Shown in pieces: positions 41,696-51,349 of a stretch of 64,000 nt of DNA (the stretch's first letter is position 1; every line of letters starts with the position of its first letter). Source of the DNA: Candidatus Multivoradales bacterium (GTDB taxonomy: Bacteria > Acidobacteriota > Thermoanaerobaculia > Multivoradales > JAHEKO01); the NCBI GenBank assembly GCA_965223855.1, contig CBDCXM010000009.1, positions 2,944,001 to 3,008,000 on the forward strand, read 5' to 3'. The notes beneath the pieces are model-generated. The model ran no database searches, was not told where the DNA came from, and saw only the letters and a list, made by a program, of their open reading frames with translations. The translations under genes were made by a program, and so were the position numbers.

Positions 41696-43067
41696 GCCTG
41701 CATCCCCACCACCGACCCACCGCACACTGGCCGCGCTCCTCGCATTGCTGGTGCCGGTCTTCGCCGGATGTACGTCGCCGCCGGCCGGGGAGGGAAGAGG
41801 GTTGCCGGACATCCTCCTCCTCTCGCTCGACACCGTGCGCGCGGACGCCATCGGTCGCTCGCCGACGGTCACACCCCACCTCGATCGGCTGATGGCCGAG
41901 TCGATCGTCTTCGAGCGTGCCGTGAGCGAGATGCCATTCACCCTCGCCGCACACATGACCCTCCTCACCGGGACAGCTCCCGACGTACACCAGGTGACGA
42001 GAGAGGGGCATCGTCTCGCTGACGGAGTCCCTGCCCTCGCCGAGCTCCTGAGGGGGGCCGGCTACCGGACGGTCGCCGTCGTGAGCTCGAGCTGGATCGG
42101 CCCCGACTTCGGCTTCTCCAGGGGCTTCGACACGTTCCACGAGGTGCCGCACGGCCTCGCCACCGGTGAGAGGGTTCTCGAACTCGCCGACCGGGAGATC
42201 GCAGCCTCTGCGGGGCCGCTCTTTCTCTTCGTCCACGACTACGACGCGCATTCGGACTTCGAGCGCAACGGAAATCTGTGGCCGTACTTCGCCTCGGATG
42301 CAGGGCTCGATCGTCTTCCGGACGAGTGCGTAGAGCATCGCTGTTCCCCCGAGGCGAAGTGCGCGACCGGCTATCTGGGCTGGGCCAACCGCAACCCGGA
42401 TCAGGTCTCGGCCGCCGCCGTAGCCTGCCTGCACGGCGCCTACCTCGAGGGGGTGAGAGACCTCGATCGACGCCTCGGCGGCTGGTTGGACGGGCTCCGC
42501 GGCAACGGCTGGTACGACGACGCAGCGATCCTCCTCACTTCCGACCACGGCGAGGAGTTCGCAGAGCACGGGCTCTTCCTGCACTCGAGGGTTCATCACG
42601 AGACCACCGCGATCCCTCTCGCTCTCAAGCCCCCCGGTGCAGCGGGGGTGGGACGGCGCGATCGCCGGCTGGCGCAGCTCGCGGACGTGGCTCCGACCTT
42701 GCTGGGCCTCGTCGGTGTGGAGGTTCCGGCGCAGATGACCGGCTACGACCTCCTCGGTGACGAAGTCCGACCGGAAGCCGTCAGTCAGAACAAGCACCGC
42801 CCGGTGCGCTACGCCGTCGTGAGTGGACGGTGGAAGCTGATTCACGACGACACCACCGGACGAGCGCTCCTGTACGACCTGAGCACCGACCCCGGCGAAC
42901 TCACGGACGTGGCCCGTCAACACCCCGCCGAGGTGGCGCGGCTGCGTCTCCGGTTGGAGGATCTGCGACGAGCCTGGAGCGAAGGAGCGCCGGACGGCGC
43001 GGCTCGAGGCAACGAGCTCGATCCCGAACGCCGCAAGACCCTCGAAGCGCTCGGCTACCTGAACTGA
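41664..43067 (+). CDS. Sulfatase-like hydrolase/transferase, predicted lipoprotein (start uncertain)
   Basis: Hydrophobic stretch + FAGC lipobox; LDTVRAD, TLAAHMTLLTG, DAH, TSDHGEEF, LYDLSTDPGE, LEALGYL. Confidence 0.8.
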   Translation: MVGGSSVSPLRPASPPPTHRTLAALLALLVPVFAGCTSPPAGEGRGLPDILLLSLDTVRADAIGRSPTVTPHLDRLMAESIVFERAVSEMPFTLAAHMTLLTGTAPDVHQVTREGHRLADGVPALAELLRGAGYRTVAVVSSSWIGPDFGFSRGFDTFHEVPHGLATGERVLELADREIAASAGPLFLFVHDYDAHSDFERNGNLWPYFASDAGLDRLPDECVEHRCSPEAKCATGYLGWANRNPDQVSAAAVACLHGAYLEGVRDLDRRLGGWLDGLRGNGWYDDAAILLTSDHGEEFAEHGLFLHSRVHHETTAIPLALKPPGAAGVGRRDRRLAQLADVAPTLLGLVGVEVPAQMTGYDLLGDEVRPEAVSQNKHRPVRYAVVSGRWKLIHDDTTGRALLYDLSTDPGELTDVARQHPAEVARLRLRLEDLRRAWSEGAPDGAARGNELDPERRKTLEALGYLN

Positions 43068-43106
43068 CCGGCGAACGGCGACCAGGGTCGGCGCGGAACG
43101 ATCAGG

Positions 43107-43112
43107 TAGAGT
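43107..43112 (+). promoter_or_regulatory. Putative -10 box TAGAGT (leaderless mutL)
   Basis: 6 nt upstream of the TTG start at 43119. Confidence 0.45.
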
Positions 43113-43118
43113 TCCTGC

Positions 43119-44912
43119 TTGGCCAGGATCCGCATCCTCTCCGACCGCCTCGCCAGCCAGATCGCCGCCGGTGAAGTCGTCGAGCGTCCCGCCACGGTCG
43201 TCAAGGAGCTGTTCGAGAACTCGCTCGACGCCGGCGCTCGTGCGATCGACGTGGAGCTCGAGGCCGGCGGCAAGCGGCGGATCGTCGTCTCCGACGACGG
43301 CGAAGGGATGGATGCCGACGACGCCCTGCTGGCGTTCGATCGGCACGCGACCAGCAAGATCCGCGAGTTCGACGACCTCGAGCGGGTCGCGACCTTCGGG
43401 TTCCGCGGCGAGGCGCTCGCTTCGATCGCCGCCGTGGCGCGAGTCGAGCTGACGACTGCGCGCGAAGCCGGTGAAGGAACTCGCGTGCGGATCGAGGGAG
43501 GCCGGGTGCGGTCGGTGGAACCCGCGGCCCGGCCGCGCGGCACCCGCATCGAGATTGCGAGCCTCTTCTACAACGTACCGGCCCGCCGCAAGTTCCTCAA
43601 GACCCCGGCGACCGAGCTTCGTCATGCGAGCGCCGTGGTCCAGGCCTACGCCCTCGCGCTGCCGGCTTTGACGGCTTCGCTGCGACACGACGGCAAGGCG
43701 CTCCTCGAGGCGCAGGCACTCGCCGACGACCGCGACAGTGTGCGGGAGCGCGTGCGCCAGATCTTCGGCGACCGTCTCGGCGACGGTCTCACTCCTGTCC
43801 CCTCGCGCCGGATTCCGGGTGGCGGCGAGGTGTGGGGCTATCTCGGCGGGCCGGGGAGCGGAGGCGCGAGGCGGGCCTTCACGTTCGTCAACCGGCGCTC
43901 GATCCGGGACCGCGCCGTCATGGCGACGTTCTACCGCGCCGTGCGCGAGGAGTGGCACAGCGAGGAGTTTCCGGCACTCTTCCTCTTCGTCGACCTGCCC
44001 CCGGAGGCCGTCGACGTCAACGTCCATCCTCAGAAGACGGAAGTGCGATTCCGCGACCGCGCCGTGCTTTCGCAAGTCGCCTCGGCCCTCAGGGAGGGCC
44101 TTGCAGCATCGCGGGGCGAGATCGAGGCCACGCCGGCAGGGTTCGAAGGCGTTCTCACCGGTCCCGCGGTGTGGAGAGGATCGGGGGCAGGTGCTCCCGT
44201 TCCCTCGCCTGCCGGGGTGGGAGCCGGAGAGAGGACAGGGGAGGCCGTCGCGGAAGGACATCGCCTCGCGGAAGCCGTCTACGCCCCGCTGGAGCGCAGT
44301 GCTGTGCCGCTGTCGGGCCGCTCCGGCGAAGCGCGTCCCTTCCGGCTGCTGGGACAGTACAAGGGGACTCTGCTGCTGCTGGAGGGTCCGGACGGGCTCT
44401 ACCTGATCGACCAGCATGTAGCCCACGAGCGGATCCTGTTCGAGCGGATCCGCCGATCGATGAGCGCCGAGGCTCCCCGGGTCCAGGCCTTGCTCCAGCC
44501 GATGGTCCTCGATCTCGCGCCGAGCGAAAGCCTCAAGCTGGCGGAGCAGTTCGAGGCGCTCGGGCGCTGCGGTTTCGACCTGAACCACCTGTCGGGAGAC
44601 TCGCTGGCCCTCGCTGGAGCACCGGCCGGTCTGCCGGTCAGCGAGGCCGAGGGGGTTCTGCGTCGACTGGCCGCCTCGACTCACGACCTCGATGACCCCG
44701 AGGAGATGCGGTCGGCGATTCTCGAGAGCTGGGCGGCCGATGCCTCGTGCAAGGCCGCCGTGAAGATGCACGAGCCGCTTTCCGCACCCGAGATGGAAGC
44801 TCTCGTTCGGGAACTCTTCGAAGCGGAGCAGCCCTACGCCTGCCCCCACGGGCGGCCGATCGTGCTGCGAATGACCGATCGTGACCTCGAAACGAAGTTC
44901 GGCAGGCGCTGA
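43119..44912 (+). CDS. mutL: DNA mismatch repair endonuclease MutL
   Basis: IAAGEVVERP, ENSLDAGA, HATSK, GFRGEALASI, DVNVHP, DQHVAHER, SCK, CPHGRP. Confidence 0.97.
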   Translation: MARIRILSDRLASQIAAGEVVERPATVVKELFENSLDAGARAIDVELEAGGKRRIVVSDDGEGMDADDALLAFDRHATSKIREFDDLERVATFGFRGEALASIAAVARVELTTAREAGEGTRVRIEGGRVRSVEPAARPRGTRIEIASLFYNVPARRKFLKTPATELRHASAVVQAYALALPALTASLRHDGKALLEAQALADDRDSVRERVRQIFGDRLGDGLTPVPSRRIPGGGEVWGYLGGPGSGGARRAFTFVNRRSIRDRAVMATFYRAVREEWHSEEFPALFLFVDLPPEAVDVNVHPQKTEVRFRDRAVLSQVASALREGLAASRGEIEATPAGFEGVLTGPAVWRGSGAGAPVPSPAGVGAGERTGEAVAEGHRLAEAVYAPLERSAVPLSGRSGEARPFRLLGQYKGTLLLLEGPDGLYLIDQHVAHERILFERIRRSMSAEAPRVQALLQPMVLDLAPSESLKLAEQFEALGRCGFDLNHLSGDSLALAGAPAGLPVSEAEGVLRRLAASTHDLDDPEEMRSAILESWAADASCKAAVKMHEPLSAPEMEALVRELFEAEQPYACPHGRPIVLRMTDRDLETKFGRR

Positions 44913-45613
44913 TGGGGATCTTCCGTCGCAGCCCCGACGAACTGCGAGAGATCGAGCGCCGGCTCGGCTATCGCTTCAGAGACCGAGAGCTCCTCGCCCT
45001 CGCCCTGACCCATCGCTCCTACGCCAACGAGCAGGGTCTGGAGGGGCACTACGAGCGCCTGGAGTTTCTCGGCGACGCCGTACTCGAACTGGTGACCGCC
45101 GACTGGCTCTATCGACGCAACCCCGAGGGCTCGGAGGGGGATCTGTCGAAGACCAAGAGCTTTCTCGTCTCGGAGCCTGTGCTGGCCGGGCTCGGGGAAG
45201 AGCTCGGGCTGGGGGCCGCGATGCGACTGGGCGTGGGAGAGGAGCGCTCGGGAGGTCGTGAGAAACCGTCGCTGCTGGCGGACGCCGTCGAGGCCGTTCT
45301 CGGGGCGATGTACCTCGACGGTGGCCTCGATGTCGCCCGCACGGCTGTCGTCCGCCTTCTGGGTCGCGTCGAGCAGGAGGACGCGGGGAGTTTGCCCGCC
45401 GATGCGAAGTCGGCCCTACAGGAACGTCTCCAGGGGGACGGACGGCCCCTGCCCCGGTATCGTCTGGTGGCCAGCGACGGACCGGACCACGCACGGACCT
45501 TCACCATCGAGGTGGAGATCGAGGGGGAGCGGCTCGGCGTCGGTAGCGGCGGCAGCAAGAAGACGGCAGAGCAGCAGGCCGCGAGGGAAGCGCTCGAGCG
45601 CCTCGATCTTTGA
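44912..45613 (+). CDS. rnc: Ribonuclease III
   Basis: ALTHRS, ERLEFLGDAVL, DAVEA, dsRBD (KSALQE, GPDH, SKKTAEQQAA). Confidence 0.97.
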   Translation: MGIFRRSPDELREIERRLGYRFRDRELLALALTHRSYANEQGLEGHYERLEFLGDAVLELVTADWLYRRNPEGSEGDLSKTKSFLVSEPVLAGLGEELGLGAAMRLGVGEERSGGREKPSLLADAVEAVLGAMYLDGGLDVARTAVVRLLGRVEQEDAGSLPADAKSALQERLQGDGRPLPRYRLVASDGPDHARTFTIEVEIEGERLGVGSGGSKKTAEQQAAREALERLDL

Positions 45614-45681
45614 CCTCGGATGCCACGGGGGAGGCACCGGGCCCGACCGGGTCGCCGCGGCAGGGATCGCCCGAAGCGCAG

Positions 45682-45687
45682 TACAAT
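45682..45687 (+). promoter_or_regulatory. Putative -10 box TACAAT for asnS
   Basis: 22 nt upstream of ATG 45710, with a GGAG SD in between. Confidence 0.5.
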
Positions 45688-45709
45688 CCGCCGTCAACGG
45701 AGAATCTCC

Positions 45710-46999
45710 ATGGTCGAATCCATCCGCAACCTCCCGTCCCGAATCGGTGAAGAAGTCGAGCTGCGTGGCTGGCTGGCGCAACAGCGCTCCAGCGGCAAGA
45801 TCGCGTTCCTTCAGATTCGCGACGGCAGCGGCCAGGTGCAGGCGGTCGCAAGCCGGGCCGACGTGTCCGACGAAGCGTGGGAGGAGATCGAGCGATCGAC
45901 TCAGGAATCGACCGTGTGGCTTCGCGGCACGGTGCAGGAGGACTCGCGGGCGCCGAGTGGGGTAGAGATCCACGCCTCCGACTTCCGCGTCGATCACCTG
46001 ACCGAGGACTACCCGATCACCCCCAAGGAGCACGGGGTCGCCTTCCTCATGGAACAGCGACACCTGTGGCTCCGCTCGAGCCGCCAGCACGCCGTCCTCA
46101 AGGTGCGGAGCGAGGTCGTGCAGGCGATCCGTGACTTCTTCTACGACCGTCACTTCACCCTCATCGACTCTCCGATCCTCACTCCGGCCGCCTGCGAGGG
46201 CACCTCCACCCTCTTCGAAACCGACTACTTCGGTGAGCCCGCCTATCTCTCACAGTCCGGCCAGCTCTATCTGGAGCCGGCTGCGGCCTCGCTGGGCAAG
46301 GTGTACTGCTTCGGCCCGACCTTTCGGGCGGAGAAGTCGAAGACTCGCCGCCATCTGATGGAATTCTGGATGGTGGAGCCGGAGGTCGCCTTCCTCGAGT
46401 TCCCCGGCCTGTGCGACCTCGCCCAGGAGTTCCTGCAGGTCCTGGTCGCGCGGATTCTCGATCGCTGCGGGTCGGAGCTGGACATTCTCGAGCGCGATCG
46501 GGCGCCCCTCGAACGGGTCGCCGAGGCGTTCCCCCGGATCACCTACACGGAGGCCGTCGACTGGCTCCGCGAGCAGGGCCAGGAGATCTCCTGGGGAGAC
46601 GACTTCGGCGCCGAACACGAGACTCTCCTCGGCGACCGCTACGGTCAACCGGTGATGGTCAGCCACTATCCGACGGCGATCAAGGCCTTCTACATGCAGC
46701 CGGACGGCGAGAATCCCGACGTCGTGCTCGGTCTCGACGTCATCGCGCCCGAGGGGTACGGAGAGATTATCGGCGGCAGCCAGAGGATCCACGACCACGA
46801 CCTGCTGCTCGCGCGGATCAAGGAGCACGATCTGCCGGTCGAGGCGTTCCAGTGGTACCTCGATGTGCGGCGATACGGCACGTTCCCGCACAGCGGCTTC
46901 GGCATGGGCCTCGAACGCTTCGTCGCCTGGATGTGCGGCGTGGGTCACCTGCGCGAGGCGATCCCATACCCGCGGATGCTCCACCGGATCTACCCCTGA
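45710..46999 (+). CDS. asnS: Asparagine--tRNA ligase
   Basis: LRGW, RDGSG, RHLWLR, YLSQSGQLY, FRAEKSKTRRHLMEFWMVEPE, GEIIGGSQR, GFGMGLER. Confidence 0.96.
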   Translation: MVESIRNLPSRIGEEVELRGWLAQQRSSGKIAFLQIRDGSGQVQAVASRADVSDEAWEEIERSTQESTVWLRGTVQEDSRAPSGVEIHASDFRVDHLTEDYPITPKEHGVAFLMEQRHLWLRSSRQHAVLKVRSEVVQAIRDFFYDRHFTLIDSPILTPAACEGTSTLFETDYFGEPAYLSQSGQLYLEPAAASLGKVYCFGPTFRAEKSKTRRHLMEFWMVEPEVAFLEFPGLCDLAQEFLQVLVARILDRCGSELDILERDRAPLERVAEAFPRITYTEAVDWLREQGQEISWGDDFGAEHETLLGDRYGQPVMVSHYPTAIKAFYMQPDGENPDVVLGLDVIAPEGYGEIIGGSQRIHDHDLLLARIKEHDLPVEAFQWYLDVRRYGTFPHSGFGMGLERFVAWMCGVGHLREAIPYPRMLHRIYP

Positions 47000-47009
47000 G
47001 CGTCACCCG

Positions 47010-47912
47010 ATGACGACCGCCGCAGGGCGCTCGGGAGCGGTCGCCACCACCTTGCAGCTTGCGCTGCTGATCGGCATCTGGGGCACCACCTATGCGGCCA
47101 TTCGGGTCGGCCTGGAGTCGATTCCGCCGTTCCTCGGGATCGCGGTCCGCTTCGCCGTCGCCTCGGCTCTGCTGTTCCTGGGATGCGCGGTGCTCGGCAT
47201 CCGATGGTGGCAGGACGGCACCCCGTGGGGTATGTGGACGTTCAACGCCGTGGCGCATTTCGTCGTCCCCTACGGCGTCGTCTACTGGTGTGAGCAGTGG
47301 ATTCCCTCGGGACTGGCCGCGGTCCTCTTCACGACTTTCCCACTCTTCGTTGCCGTGCTGGCGCACTGGCTCGTGCCGGGGGAACGCCTCAGGCCGCTGG
47401 CCGTGCTCGGCCTCGTTCTCGGCGCCATGGGCGTCGCCATCCTCTACGCCGACGATCTCACCGCCACGCTGGGTCCCGAGGGAAGGAGAGCGGCGTGGAT
47501 CTTCCTGCTGTCGCCGCTGACGGCGGCGCTCGGCGACGTCGTGATCAAACGCTGGTACTCGCAGATCCACCCGGTCTCCCTCACCGCACCCTCGCTCGCT
47601 CTGACGGCGATCACCTGCGGCGTCCTGTCGTTCGCTTTCGAATCTCCGCTCGAAGTCACCTGGACACCTACGGCCTGGGGAGTGACTCTCTACCTCGCGG
47701 TCTTCGGAACGGCTCTGGCCTTCGTTCTCTACTTCGGCCTCCTGTCCCGCGTCACGGTCACCAGCCTCTCCCTCATCACCTTCGGCATCCCGATCGTCGC
47801 GATGATGGTCGGGGCTGTCGTGCTCGACGAGTCGCTGACGCCGAGGCTGGCACTGGGAGCCGCCTTCATCCTCGCCGGGGTTTGGGCCGCACTGCGGCGT
47901 AGCGGTGGCTGA
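47010..47912 (+). CDS. EamA/DMT family transporter
   Basis: IWGTT, RF, SGLAAV, YLAVFGT, LDE; about ten hydrophobic segments. Confidence 0.9.
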   Translation: MTTAAGRSGAVATTLQLALLIGIWGTTYAAIRVGLESIPPFLGIAVRFAVASALLFLGCAVLGIRWWQDGTPWGMWTFNAVAHFVVPYGVVYWCEQWIPSGLAAVLFTTFPLFVAVLAHWLVPGERLRPLAVLGLVLGAMGVAILYADDLTATLGPEGRRAAWIFLLSPLTAALGDVVIKRWYSQIHPVSLTAPSLALTAITCGVLSFAFESPLEVTWTPTAWGVTLYLAVFGTALAFVLYFGLLSRVTVTSLSLITFGIPIVAMMVGAVVLDESLTPRLALGAAFILAGVWAALRRSGG

Positions 47913-47914
47913 AC

Positions 47915-47951
47915 TGCCGCAATGCGTCGCGGTCTACGACGCATTGCGGCA
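47915..47951. repeat. Perfect 15-bp inverted repeat (terminator-like hairpin or operator)
   Basis: TGCCGCAATGCGTCG-cggtcta-CGACGCATTGCGGCA directly after the EamA stop. Confidence 0.8.
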
Positions 47952-47972
47952 AAGAGCGTGACAGCGTAGAAT
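47944..47972 (+). promoter_or_regulatory. Sigma70-type promoter TTGCGG-17-TAGAAT for the acyl-CoA dehydrogenase
   Basis: -35 at 47944-47949, -10 at 47967-47972, then AGGAG SD and ATG 47995. Confidence 0.6.
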
Positions 47973-47994
47973 AGACGGCGAAAGGAGCGCTGGC

Positions 47995-49917
47995 ATGACC
48001 ACCGAAACCGCTCAACCCCGTCGTCGCGAGATCAGCGAGAAAGAGTCCCGCGAGGTCGCCGAAGCTTCGAGGCAGACCCAATGGAACCATCCGAGCCTCC
48101 TGAGGGAGATGTTCCTCGGGCGCTTCCGGCTCGACCTGATGCATCCGTACCCGCTGGCCGGTGAGGACCGCCCGGAGTTCGCGGCGTTCTACGAGGCGTT
48201 TCGGGAGCTGATGGCCGGTGTCGACCCCGTCGCGATCGACGACACGGGGGAGTATCCCCCCGACCTCGTCGACGGCCTCCGCAAGCTCGGCGCCTTCGGG
48301 ATGAAGATCCCCAAGGAGTACGGTGGTCTCGGGTTCACCAACCGCGAGTACCAGAAGGTCATGCAGTACGTCGGTAGCATCGACGGCAACCTCAGCGCGC
48401 TCCTCTCGGCTCATCAGTCGATCGGCGTTCCTCAGCCTCTGAAGCTCTTCGGCAGCAAGGAGCTCAAGGAGAAGTATCTCCCTCGTTGCGCGCGCGGTGA
48501 GATCTCCGCCTTCGCTCTCACCGAGATGGACGTCGGCTCCGACCCGGCGCGTTTGGAGACGACCTGCCGACGCAACGAGGACGGCTCCTGGACCCTCGAC
48601 GGCGTCAAGCTGTGGTGCACCAACGGCACGATCGCCGAGCTGCTGGTGGTGATGGCGAAGGATCCCGACAGCGGCAAGATCAGTGCCTTCGTCGTCGAGA
48701 CCGGCTGGGAGGGAGTCAAGGTCGAGCGACGCTGCCACTTCATGGGTTTGCGAGCGCTGGCCAACGGCATCATCAGCTTCACCAACGTCCAGGTGCCGGA
48801 GGAGAACCTCATCGGCAAGGAGGGGCGCGGTCTCAAGATCGCCCTCACCACGCTCAACGACGGCCGTCTCTCGATTCCGAACGGCTCGGTCGGAACCGCG
48901 AAGATGTGCATCGAGATCTGCCGCAAGTGGGGCAGCGCGAGGGTGCAATGGGGCGTTCCGGTGGCCCGGCACGAAGCGATCTCCCACAAGATCGCCGACA
49001 TGACCGCCACCACCTTCGCGATGGAATCGATCACCGCACTGGCGACCTCGATGGCCGACCAGGGCAACGTCGACATCCGCCTCGAGGCCGCTGCCGCAAA
49101 GGAGTGGAACACCACCAACACCTGGCACATCATCGACGAGACGATGCAGGTGCGCGGCGGCCGCGGCTACGAGACCGAGATCTCGCTGCGAGACCGCGGG
49201 GAGGAGCCGATCGGCGTCGAGCGGATGATGCGCGACTACCGGATCAACACGATCTTCGAGGGCTCGAGCGAGATCATGCATCTGCTGATGGCGCGAGAGG
49301 CGGTGGACAAGCATCTCCAGGTGGCGGGAGCCCTGATCGATCCCGAAGCCGGCTTCGGGAAGAAACTGGGTGCTTTCGCGAAGAGTGGGCTCTTCTATCT
49401 CGGCTGGTACCCGACTCGCTGGCTCGGCTGGGGCCGTTGGCCTCGTTACGCCTCGTTCGGCCCGCTGGCGAAGCACCTCAGGTTCGTCGAGCGCAACACC
49501 CGCAAGCTGGCGCGCCAGGTCTTCCACGGCATGCTCGTCCATCAGGCGCGCATGGAGAGGAAGCAGGCGTTCCTGTTCCGGCTTGTCGACATCGCCAACG
49601 AGTTGTTCGCCATCGGCGCGAGTGTCGCGCGGGCGCAGGCAATGCGTGAAGCCGGTGACGAGAATGCCGACCGTGCCAGGGAGCTCGCCGACCTCGCCGC
49701 CCGCAACGGACGCCGGCGGGTCGCTCATCTGTTCCGCGACCTGTGGCGCAACGACGACGCGATCAAGTACCGCCAGGGTGTGCGCGTGGCCGACGGGCAT
49801 CACGCATGGCTCGAGGACGGTGCGATCGGGCTCCCCGAATGGCCGGCCGCCGAGGCCGTTTCGAAGACGCCTGAATCAGAAGAGCGCGAGGAAGTCGCGG
49901 TTCCGGCTGCCGTCTGA
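47995..49917 (+). CDS. Acyl-CoA dehydrogenase (long form with C-terminal extension)
   Basis: IPKEYGGLG, AHQSIG, FALTE..VGSD, GVKLWCTNG, RVQWG, GGRGY, IFEGSSEI. Confidence 0.92.
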   Translation: MTTETAQPRRREISEKESREVAEASRQTQWNHPSLLREMFLGRFRLDLMHPYPLAGEDRPEFAAFYEAFRELMAGVDPVAIDDTGEYPPDLVDGLRKLGAFGMKIPKEYGGLGFTNREYQKVMQYVGSIDGNLSALLSAHQSIGVPQPLKLFGSKELKEKYLPRCARGEISAFALTEMDVGSDPARLETTCRRNEDGSWTLDGVKLWCTNGTIAELLVVMAKDPDSGKISAFVVETGWEGVKVERRCHFMGLRALANGIISFTNVQVPEENLIGKEGRGLKIALTTLNDGRLSIPNGSVGTAKMCIEICRKWGSARVQWGVPVARHEAISHKIADMTATTFAMESITALATSMADQGNVDIRLEAAAAKEWNTTNTWHIIDETMQVRGGRGYETEISLRDRGEEPIGVERMMRDYRINTIFEGSSEIMHLLMAREAVDKHLQVAGALIDPEAGFGKKLGAFAKSGLFYLGWYPTRWLGWGRWPRYASFGPLAKHLRFVERNTRKLARQVFHGMLVHQARMERKQAFLFRLVDIANELFAIGASVARAQAMREAGDENADRARELADLAARNGRRRVAHLFRDLWRNDDAIKYRQGVRVADGHHAWLEDGAIGLPEWPAAEAVSKTPESEEREEVAVPAAV

Positions 49918-49955
49918 GCGCACGCCGCACGACGGGTAGCACCACGGGTTCACGC

Positions 49956-49961
49956 TAGACT
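49956..49961 (+). promoter_or_regulatory. Putative -10 box TAGACT (leaderless rimO)
   Basis: 7 nt upstream of ATG 49969; no SD. Confidence 0.5.
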
Positions 49962-49968
49962 GGCTTCG

Positions 49969-51336
49969 ATGAGTGACGGTTCGGCCGACCGCAGGGTCGG
50001 CATGGTGAGTCTCGGCTGCGCGAAGAACCTGGTCGACAGCGAGATCATGCTCGGCAGGCTCCGCGACGGCGGCTTCGAGATCGTCGAGGACGTCGAAGGG
50101 GCGGGCACCGTAGTCGTCAACACGTGCGGCTTCGTCGAGGAGGCCAGGGAGGAATCGATCGACGCCATCCTGGACGTCGCCGCACGCAAGGGGAAGGGGG
50201 TGGATCGCCTCCTCGTCGCCGGCTGCATGGTGAACCGTTACGGGGAGGAGCTCGCTCGCGAGATCCCGGAGATCGACGGATTCGTCGGCCTCGACGATCT
50301 GGATCGTGTTGCGGATGTCGTCGCGATCGGTTCCGACACGCCGGTCACCGGCCCCTCGCAGCGAACCTTCGACCATACGGAGCCACGCGTGCTCACCACG
50401 CCCGGCTACGCCTACCTCAAGGTCGCGGAGGGGTGCAACAACCCCTGTACGTTCTGCGCGATCCCGATCTGGCGCGGCGAGCTGCGGAGCCGCACGCCGG
50501 ACAGTCTGGTGGAGGAGGCGCGTCGACTCGAGGGTAGCGGAGTCCGGGAGCTGGTCCTGGTGGCGCAGGACACGACCCGCTACGGCGAGGATCTCGGTCT
50601 CGGCCGCGAGGGCCTCGTCCATCTCGTAGAGGCACTGCTCGAGAGGACGACGATCCCGTGGATCCGCTTCCTCTACGCCTACCCGACGACGCTCGGTCAC
50701 GAGATTCTCGCTCTGATGGGTAGGGAAGAGCGCTTTGTCTCCTACCTCGACATGCCGCTTCAGCACTCTCATCCGGAGATGCTCGCGGCGATGAAGCGTG
50801 GGGGTCGCGCCCACACCTACCTCGAGCAGCTGGCCGAGGCACGCGAGCGAGTCCCCGACATCGCCCTGCGGTCGACGTTCATCGTCGGGTTCCCTGGAGA
50901 GTCCGAGGAGCATTTCGAGCACCTGCTTTCCTTCGTCGAGGCCGCCAGGTTCGATCACCTCGGCGCGTTCGTCTACAGCCCCGAGGAACAGACGCCGGCG
51001 GCGGACCTCGGATCGCGGGTACCGCGGCAGACCGCGCTGCTCCGGCAGCAGCGCCTTCTCGAAGTGCAGCGGCCGATCGCCCTCGCGAGCCGCGAAAGGC
51101 TCGTAGGTACCACGGTCGAAGCGCTCCTCGAGGGGGTCTGCTCCGAGACCGAGCACCTCCTCGAGGCGCGGCACCGCGGGATGGCGCCGGGCATCGACGG
51201 CCGTCTGCTGATCAACGACGGAACCGCGCCCCCCGGCAGCCTGATCGACGTCGAGATCACCGACGCCTTCGCCGACGACCTGGTGGGCAGGATCGTTGCC
51301 GGTCGAGGCCCCGGTGTCGTCCCCGCCGGCCTCTGA
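49969..51336 (+). CDS. rimO: Ribosomal protein S12 methylthiotransferase RimO
   Basis: SLGCAKNLVDSE, NTCGF, YLKVAEGCNNPCTFCAIP, AQDTT.YG, YAYP, APGIDG. Confidence 0.95.
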   Translation: MSDGSADRRVGMVSLGCAKNLVDSEIMLGRLRDGGFEIVEDVEGAGTVVVNTCGFVEEAREESIDAILDVAARKGKGVDRLLVAGCMVNRYGEELAREIPEIDGFVGLDDLDRVADVVAIGSDTPVTGPSQRTFDHTEPRVLTTPGYAYLKVAEGCNNPCTFCAIPIWRGELRSRTPDSLVEEARRLEGSGVRELVLVAQDTTRYGEDLGLGREGLVHLVEALLERTTIPWIRFLYAYPTTLGHEILALMGREERFVSYLDMPLQHSHPEMLAAMKRGGRAHTYLEQLAEARERVPDIALRSTFIVGFPGESEEHFEHLLSFVEAARFDHLGAFVYSPEEQTPAADLGSRVPRQTALLRQQRLLEVQRPIALASRERLVGTTVEALLEGVCSETEHLLEARHRGMAPGIDGRLLINDGTAPPGSLIDVEITDAFADDLVGRIVAGRGPGVVPAGL

Positions 51337-51349
51337 GAGTGCTCCCGCC

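Noticed and set aside
41340-44849. 1169-aa minus-strand ORF and other long overlapping ORFs (e.g. 30971-32998, 47866-49803, 57106-58746)
   Set aside because: They lie antisense to well-supported genes, have no recognisable motifs, and are the expected stop-poor shadows of GC-rich coding sequence.
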